Below, one piece after another: positions 1 to 9,469 of a stretch of 35,284 bases of DNA (the first letter of the stretch is position 1; every line of letters begins with the position of its first letter). The stretch lies in NCBI GenBank assembly GCA_009602725.1, contig WELB01000028.1, forward strand, positions 487,418 through 522,701, read 5' to 3'. The notes below the pieces were generated by a model. It saw only the letters and a program-made list of their open reading frames with translations. It had not been told where the DNA came from and did no database searches. Position numbers and translations under genes: made by a program. The DNA comes from Spirogloea muscicola. Its lineage: Eukaryota.

Positions 1-847
1 GCCGCGGGGGCCGTGCGGGACGAGGAGGCGTGGCGGCGGGCGGCGGGCTCGGCGGCGCTCGCCGTCCTGCGCGCAGGCGAGGCGATCGGCGGCTGGTGGC
101 GATCCGCCAAGCCGTGGACGAAGTGGCCGGTCGCTATCTTGTGAGCGCGACTCCCTGACCCGTCTGCCAACCAGCAGTAGTTGCCAGGTGTCACCTAGAT
201 CGCCTGCGTTATAGCCCAAAGCTATTAGCAGGAGCAATCCCAACTACAGCAGCGTTCAGGTGTGCAGGCAAGGCTGGTTGCACCACGATTTGCTCCTTTG
301 AACCAGTATACTTGTTTGCAGAGTTATGGCGATGTGTCCCACTAACTCCATCGCCCCTTCTCTGGCGTGCAGCGTCCCTTGGTTTTGCGCTGTTGTGCTG
401 GTCTTTGGTCCTCACGTGGCGCGCGACCTTGTGCCGCTCTGGCTCCTGGGGCCTCTCCTGACCTCTGTCGCCATCCACCGTAGCATCACCGCCGCTTCCG
501 CTGGCCGGCGCGTCCTGAGCGCTGCGTATCGATCCGGCAGCCAGGGCGCCCACCGGGCTGCGGGGCTCGTTGCGGACGTGCGGAGCGGGAGGCTTGCCGA
601 GGTCGCGCAGGGCAAGCGTGCGGAGCTGACGAGGAGAAAGGACGAGGTTGTGGGTCTGCTCGCGGCACGGCGTGAGGACTTGGTACATTCCGCTGAGAGT
701 GGGGAGCTAGCACAGAATGCGCGTGCCGCAGCGGAGGCGCGGTTCCAGCGGCTGCTTGACTGGCTCCAAGACGTGTATGGCGACCTCGACGACTGGTGGC
801 GGCCACAGCGGCGGGGCCTCACCCGCCTGCTTCAGAAGCTATTTTGA
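1..847 (+). CDS. EMB2759-like (embryo defective 2759) membrane protein, 5'-partial
   Basis: Exons 1-140 and 373-847 joined by a GT-AG intron in phase 2. Translation ...KWPVAIFVPWFCAVVLVFGPHVARDLVPLWLLGPLL...WLQDVYGDLDDWWRPQRRGLTRLLQKLF* resembles the plant EMB2759 motifs (recalled: PLLIFIP..GxEVSKELTPLWxxGPL and a C-terminal W..Y...W). Confidence 0.7.
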
Positions 848-1421
848 GCTTGGCCGATTGCACGCCAGATGCCACTAACAAAATCCGATTACAAGAGCAT
901 CACAGTCACCTGCAAAATCATTGCACAACTCAGCCAGTCGCCGTCCTGCAAATCTGGAGCCACATTGGCAAATGTTGCCCTGCATCCAAGAACAGCGACA
1001 GGCGCTTTTGACACAGAGCACAGTCCAGTCGACCTGCTGCAAATTACAGCAGCAGGGGCTCAGCAACTAGCAGAGCACTTTCTCCTCTCCCCCGGCAGGG
1101 CCCTGGCGCTAGCGCCGGCAGGAAGCTGCCAGCCCTCTCTTTGCAACCCTTGTTGCAGACGCGACACAGTGAGCTACTACATTCTTTCGTAGATGGATGT
1201 ATGCAGGGGCAGCCTGCAAGTAATGGCTCCCTGCTGACCAATTATTCGCCTCTTTCTTTGTTGCCATCTTCTCCTGCCGTCCATGCAGAGGTTGTTGCAC
1301 TGCCCATGATGACATATTCAGACAGCAAACGTTACAGGGAAACTCTGAGCACTGTATCACAGTATATAAAGGAGGGCCAGACACAGTAGGTGAGAGATGA
1401 CCTATTGTGTTCCAAGCGGCC

Positions 1422-4400
1422 TCACGATTGCATGTACTCTCGGACGTTCTGAGTGACCTGCTCCAGGAAAGCAACGAAGCCCGTGCCCTCCGCAGAGCTT
1501 GCCCCGTCCACATCCTGCTCCTCAATCAGAAAGCGCTCGAATGGTCTTGCATCGTCATGCCCGCTGCGTATCATGTGCAGCTTGGGTGTGACACTGCGGT
1601 CCTGCTTCAGCTGATTGATCGTATTACGAAGTAGACCTGGGCAGGATCCACGACCGAGCCAGCAGTAAGTATCATGAGGTGCGAGCTTGGTGCAGACTTG
1701 TCTACTAGGAGGCTGAAATTGAGCAAGGCTGCGATTGAGAAGCCCTCATTGCTGTCAGGCAAGACAAGCTGCCTGCTATCGGATGTGGTGCAAACTAGTG
1801 TGCATCCGAGCGGGCCCCAAGTGCAATCTCGTCCTTGTGCAGTTGCCTCCTGCATTTTGAGAGGAGTGAAGCAGCACTTACTATCATGTGGTGGTGGGAA
1901 GGGCATGTCGGCCGTTGCTGATGGTGCATAGTAGACAATGAGCGTTGTGAAGGCATCGAGCAGGAAGATGGGACTGCCACTGGTGACAAGAGCGGCTCGG
2001 GAGAGGGAATGCCGAGGGAAGGCCGGCTTGTCTGGGGATGCGAAGGACGAGAGCACCGGGTAGACTGCCCGTAGCAGGGACGCGGGGTCCAGGGCGCTGC
2101 TCGACAAAGAAGCAGGGCGGCATGGCCACGTCTAAATCAGGGTGAATGAGAAATTTTGCCCCTGACCTTGGACCTTCATAACTTCAGATTAACAGGTCTA
2201 GCATTACGAAAATCATAACAGTCTAATCATCAATGAAATACTCATTCTGAAGCAACTTCGGAAGAGCCATTGTGTGTATTGAAAAGGGCTCAGCACACAC
2301 GACCATTACCTGTAGAGGCACTGGAGATAAGTGCGGACGTCTGAGTGAACGCCCTCGGCACTCATCTGGAGGAGCGGGGAGCGGAGCAGCCCGAAAACGA
2401 GTCGGGGTATGGGCTGCAGCGGCGGGCACTGCAGGAAGGACGCATCCAGCAGCCCATATGAAGCTGCATTGCCGCTCTGCGCTAGCTGATAATGTTCATT
2501 GTAGTTTGCGGTAAGGATGACCAGCCAATCGTTGAGCAGCAGTCGTCCCTCCTTCACGCCTTGCTCCAGCGACGCCTGAATGATCTGCAAAAGGACACCA
2601 ATCGAGGTCTGTCAGAGCTTACTAAGTCCATGCCCCATGAGGACAGCAATGTGCGCAAACGAATTTGGGGAATAGTCAGTACTTGGGCCTTGTAATGACA
2701 AAAGCAAGCATAACGACTTGGCCGCCCATCTCATAAAGGCTGCGTAACGAGTTGCGGCCTTGCCTTGTGAGTGAGGAGCGAGAGAATGGACTCTGGGTCG
2801 GCAGCCTCGAAGAGCTCGGCGGGGCTATTGGCAACGCCTACGCGCAGCGTGCGCAAACGCAGCCGCCGCCGCAGCACGTGCCGGATGCGCCTGCGGCGCG
2901 GTGTCACCGGGGAACCACCAGCAGGCCTCCAGCGACTTGCCTCCACCTTTGACTCACCACCGTCCTCATCGTCCTCAGCTATTGGCAGCAACACTGTGTA
3001 CTGAAAGGCTAGCTGCAGGATCGGCTGCACCAGCGGGATCCTGCGCACCACTGATGTCAGGATAAGCAACGATGGCGAATAGAAAGGGATGTGGGCAGTG
3101 ACCTGCGCATTGACATGACACACAAGTCCAGCACTCACTCCAATTTTCTCCAATAACTCCTAATTCATCCGAATGCCATGATCTTATGAGCACATGTGGG
3201 CCTGGGCTCTATGAGTATTGTGGGGAACGACTTCAACATTGACAGTGTCGCAAGCATGTTCAAGTGATGGGCATTTTAGTACCATACTAATCTACTTGTC
3301 TAGGTCAACAGTCCGGCACAATAGGTGCAGCATCAGCGACACTGCGTACTTCTCCCGGGGCTTGCCGAATTGTGGCGGCGTCCAGCGGCTGAAGCCATTG
3401 TTGCTTGTGAACTCGAAATCGAAAGCAAACGTGTCAAAGGGGTCGCAGGAGATGACATGCTGCACACTCTCATACTGCGCGTCTTCAAAGAAGTGGCCGT
3501 ACGCTTTTGCCACACGGAACTCGGGCGTGGTGCGCAGGCGCAGAATGCCGCCGATGGCATGCGGTCGCGAGAGCAGGCGATAGCTGGCATCAGCAGACAG
3601 ATGCCGCTGGTTCAGGATGTCAGTGCAGCAATAGCATACCAGCACACATGATTGCAATGTAAATAACGACGCAAAATAGTGGCGCAATTAATTAACGTGA
3701 TACATGACACAAAGTATGACTTGAAATGAGTAAGGACACAGCAAGGCAAAGACTGAGGAGCTCATAAGCAAGAGGGGCCGGTGGGCAATGGTGGCGAGGC
3801 ACGGGCGGCGCCAGTGAGGCGGCGGTGCCAGTGAGGCACCGATGGTGGCGGCAGCTATGAGGAGGCTGAGGGGTCGTGGCTCACAGGTCCTGTGGGAGCG
3901 TGGAGTCGTCGGTGCTGCCGTAGAGGAGGACGTGTCCGCCACTCTCAAGGCTCAGCGGCTTGAGCACCGCCAGGCCCACGGGCTCGGTGCTTACGACGAC
4001 GAGGTCAATGCAGACGCCGGCCTGGACCGACTGCGCGGCAAGGTCGGCGTAGAAACCTGCTGGGACTGTGGCTGCCGCTGCGAGGGGCAAGTCATCGCCA
4101 TCCTCCCCGTCATGTGGGCGGCCTGAGTCGCCATTGCTGCTGCGGTTGTTCAGCTGGCCCAGGCCGTAGTCGGGCGGCCCAGATAGGAAGGCAAAGATGC
4201 GCGCGCTCACGAACGTGCTGCCGCCGTCGGCGCCAAGGTACTTGAGCAGCGCCTCCATGGCCGCCCCGAAGCCCCGCCCACCACTGCCACCGCCGGTAGC
4301 CGTGCTGTGTGCTGCCGCCCTGTCGGTGCCGCCGCCGCCTCCAGTCTGCCGCTCCCAAGAGCTCAGGGGCCGCAGCGTCTCCAGCGCGCCTGCGATGTGC

Positions 4401-5529
4401 TCCTTGTTGGCACCTACCGGCGCAAGTAGCGCCTCCAGCGGCAGCACGTCCTCGAGGTCGAGCGCGATGCCTGCGCCCGCAGCCTGTGGGGGGATGGCCA
4501 CGCTCTTGACGACGGGCACGCCGCCACCTTGGACATCATACAGCCCGAGCTTGGGGCCGAACGTGGCGAGACCGAAGAGCGCCGATGGGCTGAGGGCCTC
4601 CAGCGTCGCCAGCAACGAGCTCTTGACGAGCTCCAGAAAGTCCTCCGTCGCTGGAAGCACGCCAACCGCCGGCGAGCAATGCACGTGTCAGGTGCCGCAA
4701 TGGGGTGGAGGGAGGAGTAATGATTTCTAAGAACTCATTAATGAGCATTGATGGGTATGCTCAGTGATGCATACTCATTACTGAGCATTGAGGGCCCTAG
4801 TTATTGAACACTTTCATAATCTCAAGTCTTGATAGTCTGAGGCCTCTGAGAGGGTTGGGGCTAAGCGTTGAGGCCACAAGAAGAACTGGAGCAGCGGCGA
4901 GAGCTGCACGAGGGAACCGGGAGAAGGGGCAGGGGGCACGGGAGTACAGGAGAGGTCGATGGCGGCGATGTACACGGGCCGCGTGTAGATGTCGCCTCCG
5001 CCGGCGCCGCCGCCGCCGGCAGCATCGTCTGCCGCAACGTCCAGCTCGACGAGGCCGTTACGGAGCTCCTCGCGGGCGGCGAGGCGGTCGCGCGTGCCGT
5101 AGCGCTGGAGCTGCGAGTCGCTGAAGGTATTGTCGCTGTCACACAGGGAGCACCGCCACGCGAAGCGCTCGATCTGCGGCAGCCGCCTGCTTTCAGGCTT
5201 CGAGAGTGCAGCGTGCGCGGCAGCAGCGGCGGCGGAGATGGCGGCGGCGGCAGCGGCAGCGGCTCAGGGTCTCGGATTTCAGTTTTAGGGTTCAGGTGGC
5301 TTACAGTGCAGCAGCCGTTGATGTAGGCAAAGCACTCCTCGCAGCGCGCGACGAGATCGGCGTCCGTGAGGCGCGCCGGCGCTGGCGCCGGCGCCGGCGA
5401 CGGCTGCGGCGGCTCGGCGGCGGTGGCGGCGGCGGCAAAGGGCTGCACGATGCAGCCCCAGGGGAGGCCCACGGCGTCCTTGAGCGCGGCGTCGCACGGG
5501 AACAGCTTGCTGGTCAGCCGCACCGCCAT
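1422..5529 (-). CDS. SEC23D: COPII Sec23/Sec24-family protein, SEC23D-like (~810 aa)
   Basis: Eight exons with consistent phases: 5529-5305, 5173-4948, 4650-3885, 3583-3350, 3040-2764, 2584-2310, 2096-1882, 1636-1422. N-terminus MAVRLTSKLFP..GLPWGCIVQPF, zinc finger RCEECFAYIN..WRCSLC, vWA trunk PVYIAAIDLS..FLSGPPDYGLGQL, gelsolin-like C-terminus ending VREYMQS*. Closest recalled relative is Arabidopsis At2g27460. Confidence 0.92.
2585..2763 (-). other. GC-AG intron (SEC23D intron 5)
   Basis: Donor CACAAG|GCAAGG and acceptor TTGCAG|ATC join LLTHK to IIQASLEQG, which matches the homologous LLVHKVILASL without an insertion. Confidence 0.8.
4733..4791. repeat. Intronic direct plus inverted mini-repeat
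   Basis: ACTCATTA(A/C)TGAGCATTGA at 4733-4751 and 4773-4791, with an inverted partial copy ATGCTCAGTGATG between them. Confidence 0.75.
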
Positions 5530-5711
5530 AACGGCGGCGGCGGCGGCGGCGGCGGCGAGGCACGACGGCGTCCTGCCGTGCCGCTGGCGCCACCTTCGAG
5601 CGACCTCGCCCTGCGGCCGTCAGCCAGACACTGCCGCCGGTGCCGGCGGCGCCGCCGCCGCCGCCACGCGTTGCTCGTGGCAATGGTGGCGGCGGCGGCG
5701 GCGGCGGTCCG

Positions 5712-6083
5712 NNNNNNNNNNNNNNNNNNNNNNNNNNNNNNNNNNNNNNNNNNNNNNNNNNNNNNNNNNNNNNNNNNNNNNNNNNNNNNNNNNNNNNNNN
5801 NNNNNNNNNNNNNNNNNNNNNNNNNNNNNNNNNNNNNNNNNNNNNNNNNNNNNNNNNNNNNNNNNNNNNNNNNNNNNNNNNNNNNNNNNNNNNNNNNNNN
5901 NNNNNNNNNNNNNNNNNNNNNNNNNNNNNNNNNNNNNNNNNNNNNNNNNNNNNNNNNNNNNNNNNNNNNNNNNNNNNNNNNNNNNNNNNNNNNNNNNNNN
6001 NNNNNNNNNNNNNNNNNNNNNNNNNNNNNNNNNNNNNNNNNNNNNNNNNNNNNNNNNNNNNNNNNNNNNNNNNNNNNNNNNNN
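5712..6083. other. Assembly gap in the SEC23D/DUF819 head-to-head promoter
   Basis: Run of N flanked by GCC/GGC-rich sequence. Confidence 0.99.
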
Positions 6084-6084
6084 A

Positions 6085-8076
6085 TGCCGGGCGCTGCCGA
6101 GCAGGCTGGCGCTGGCAACGACGGCGGCGGCAACGGCCCGAGCGGGGATGACGCTGCCGCTGGTGGCGCCGGACGACCACTGGGGCGTCTCGGCGGTCCT
6201 CCTCGCCGCCGGCGCCGCCGGCATGTGGTGCGCGGCGGCGCGGACGCCGCGACAGCCGCCGCAAATGTCGGCGGCTCTGGCATCGACAACGCTGCTCACA
6301 CGGCCATCAACTCGCCGCAGGTCGGAGCGCACGGTGGCGGGGCGCGCGCTGAGCGCGCCGCTGGTGGCGACGCTGCTGGGCCTGGCGGCCAGCAACGCGG
6401 GCGTGCTGCCCGCCGCGGCGCCCGCCTACGCAGCCGTCAACCGCTACCTCCTTCTCCTCTGCGTCCCGCTCCTGCTGTTCGGCGCCGACGTGCGCCGCGC
6501 GCTCGCCGATACCGGCCGCCTCCTTGCCGCCTTCCTCGCTGGCGCAGGTGGCCTGGCCCTGCCTTTGCTACGCCCCACTCTTGAACCCAGATTTCAGCTT
6601 TGTGCGCCTAAGCCCTAGCCTTTACAGCCCTTCTGACTATATCATAAGCCCGAACTAATTAAACATCTTCATACGCCCTGCTAGTGAAAGTGCATGACCA
6701 GAATCAGAACGAAACGTGTCTATCAGATTCCAGTGCTCAAACACCCAATCGAAGTTTGCGATCTGTGCGTGCCCACCTAGGTCGTAAGCCTTGACACGAA
6801 CTTGAGCACTCAAGGCCGAACTCCAGGACCTAGCCTTTCAGCTCCCAGCTCAAGGTCAGGCTTGCCTGTCTGGTCTTGTGTCTGCTCTATGCCGACCGCG
6901 GGCTCGAGTTGCTGCCAGGCCTGACGCTTCCGTACGGCGCTCGCTCTTACCACCCTACCGGCCCGCAGCCGCAACGACCGCGGGCACGCTGCTTGCATTT
7001 TGGCTGGTCCCGTTGCGTTCCCTTGGCAACGACAGCTGGAAGATGGCGGCTGCGCTCATGAGCCGCCACATTGGAGGAGGTGAACGCCCGCACCGCACAG
7101 AGGCTCTGGCAGTCTGCGCAGTCATGGGATCTGCCAGTAATCACCGGCTCCTCACTTCTCCCATAAGCGACATGCTGGTGCTGATCACGCGCCGTGGTTG
7201 ACTTGCTACCTCCTCCGGTGTGGTCCATGCAGCGGTGAACTACGTCGCTGTTTGCGAGGCCCTGCAGGCGTCACCATCGGTGGTTGCGGCAGGGCTCGCG
7301 GCCGACAACCTCATCTGTGCGCTCTATTTTACCACGCTGTTCGCTCTTGCCAGCGGCATCCCTCCTGAACCACTGGTGGTCGAGGACCTCGGCCGCACAG
7401 GCAAGGAGGAGCAACGCTGCTGACTGGCTGCTACTAGCCCCGCAGAGCAGCAGATGCTCAACCTCTTCTTGTGTGTCATAGTCACTGCGGCAATGGCTGT
7501 CGCTGTGCAGGAGGGCGGGAAGATGCGGCAGTTGAGCGGTCAACAATGCGTGTCCTGGATGTTGCCACAGCGATTGCAGCCTCAGCAGCCATCTGCACGC
7601 TGGGTGTGCGGCTGGCTGTGCGCTTTGGCATCCCTGGCACCAGCATCCCCATCGTCACGGCGCTTGTTGTTGGGCTGTCCACGGCCTTCCCGTCAGTGCT
7701 TGGCCCGCTGGCACCGTCCAGCGAGGCGCTTGCTGGCGTCCTGATGCAGGTCTTCTTCGCCACAGTTGGCGCCAGCGGCAGCCTAGTGCAGGTCATGACA
7801 ACTGCGCCTTCACTCTTTGTCTTCAGCTTCGTGCAGGTAGCCGCGCACTTGGCGCTTGTCCTGATCATTGGGAGGCTGGCTGGCCTACAGCGCCGGGAGG
7901 TGCTGCTGGCATCCAACGCAAACGTTGGAGGGCCATATACAGCTGCGGGCATGGCCACCGCCAAGGGCTGGCGGTCGCTGCTCATTCCTGCCATTCTCGT
8001 CGGCGTCTTTGGCTATGCTGTGGCCACGTTTTTCTCCATCGCCTTTGCTCTCGTCGTGCTCAGGCGGATGGCGTGA
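6085..8076 (+). CDS. DUF819-family (YjcL-like) multi-pass membrane protein, probably plastid; the start may lie in the gap
   Basis: Exons ~6085-6227, 6321-6547, 6969-7079, 7233-7400, 7511-8076, phases consistent. Motifs PLVAPDDHWG, SERTVAGRALSAPLV, AAALMSRHIGGAVNYVAV, GLAADN and LLASNANVGGPYTAAGMATAKGW resemble At5g52540/At5g24000. Confidence 0.88.
7401..7510 (+). other. GC-AG intron (DUF819 last intron)
   Basis: CGCACAG|GCAAGG ... GTGCAG|GA in phase 1. The exon frame otherwise stops at 7421-7423, and no phase-1 GT donor is visible. Confidence 0.75.
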
Positions 8077-8502
8077 CTTTCTGCAGCCGCAGAAAGTCAG
8101 CCAAGCAGCTGCCACAGTAAGAAGAACCTGCATCCCGGATAATGGTGAAAGCATGCTCCTTGAGCAGGCACAGCACTTGCCACCATCTATGAGCGCAAGC
8201 TCGAAGGAAGCTCGGCAATCTGTTGGTTGGGACGATATTAAAGCAAAGTACTGCTTCGACAGTGTGCTTGTCCTCTTGAGGCGATCGGTCTTTTGATGCT
8301 CACATCACTTGGCACAGGATTTCACAAATCACGCCGTCTGTACATATCACGTCACGTGGCTCCACTTACCTCGGAGGCTACAGCACCATGATGTAGGCCG
8401 AAGGTACTCGCAGGCATGACACCACCTTCATCACAAGCCAATGCTGTGCCCAGACGACACCGGGGCTAAGGAAAGCTGCATGTGTTCTCGCAACGGGTTG
8501 TC

Positions 8503-8587
8503 TGCTCGTGCCGCAGCGTCTTCCAGCAGCATGCAGAAAAGCAAGTCAGTTTGCTCGTGCCGCAGCATCTTCCAGCAGCATGCAGAA
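8503..8587. repeat. Direct duplication of 36 bp (period 49)
   Basis: TGCTCGTGCCGCAGC(G/A)TCTTCCAGCAGCATGCAGAA at 8503-8538 and 8552-8587, one mismatch. Confidence 0.85.
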
Positions 8588-8639
8588 GATCCGTCCTGCG
8601 CCCAGATTTTGGGTTCTGGTCGACGAAAGACTCTTCCAA

Positions 8640-8890
8640 TAGAGGACGATGGCTGTGATTGGCGAGCCCAACCAAAAAGAGATAAAACAAGAGAAAACAA
8701 CGGACAAAGGTTGACGGGGCTAGAAAAGCGCTAAAAAAATGCTCGCCCACGGAGAGAGAAGCGCTTCCAGATTGACTGGTGGCTGCGAGAGGCCAGCCCA
8801 AAGGAATGGACAAGGTCTGCAGGAGCCAGATGACCACAGAGGGTAGCGGCTGGAAAAGGGCAGCCCAGAAAGAATGGACAAGGTCAAGGC
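8640..8890 (+). repeat. Degenerate copy of the dispersed A/B-module repeat family also found at 16.7-17.9 kb
   Basis: 8787-8817 GAGAGGCCAGCCCAAAGGAATGGACAAGGTC equals the reverse complement of 16754-16785 apart from a 1-nt indel. 8853-8885 resembles 17089-17120. GGCTGTGATTGGCG occurs at ~8651 and ~17168. Confidence 0.8.
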
Positions 8891-9199
8891 TAATGCACAC
8901 AACAGCAACCCCAGTGGCCTTCTGATTAAAGGGCCCTGCGGAAGCGCCCTGGTCTAACGGAGCAGCCGGCTGACGTTGAGGCCCTGGCTGCTGTTGCCGC
9001 CTGGCAGGGTGGGCCCTGGCAGGTGGGGCCCAGCTGGAGTAAAACCCCTGACGGAGTGACGGAGCCTCCCCCAGCCTTAAACCCTTGGCAGCCGCCGCTT
9101 CTCCGCGGCCAGCGGCGGCCGACGCGGCGGCGGCGGCGGCCGGCGGCGGCGGAGGTGGATGGCGGCGGAGATGGAGAGGACTGGGCGGTCAGGTGGGAA

Positions 9200-9316
9200 G
9201 CCTTTCCCGGCCTTTCCCAAGCACTGCCAACGCCGCTGGCGGAGAGGGAGAAGACCAGGCGAGAAGGGAACACCGCCTTTCCAAGCCTTTCCCGCAGCCA
9301 TTGTTAGCCTTTCCCA
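9200..9316 (+). promoter_or_regulatory. Cluster of five GCCTTTCC(C) motifs upstream of bystin, including E2F-like TTTCCCGC and TTTCCCGG
   Basis: Copies at 9200, 9210, 9275, 9285 and 9307. TTTCCCGC at 9288-9295 and TTTCCCGG at 9203-9210. Confidence 0.4.
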
Positions 9317-9469
9317 AGCCCTGCCCTCGCCGCTCGCAGGCGCAGAGCCCGCCCCTCGCGCCGCAGCGGCAGCGGCGGCGGCGGCGNACTGCGCGGGTTC
9401 AGCGGCGGCGGCTGCTGCGCTGCTGCCCGGCCCGGGCCCTGACGGCGGCAGTGGCGGCGGCGTGGCCAG

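Noticed and set aside
869..1389. ORFs between the EMB2759-like gene and SEC23D
   Set aside because: No recognisable motif; they lie in converging 3'-UTR space.
4197..5326. Long antisense ORFs over GC-rich exons (also 14727-15539 and 21530-22030)
   Set aside because: Shadow ORFs expected from high-GC3 codon usage of the real genes on the opposite strand.
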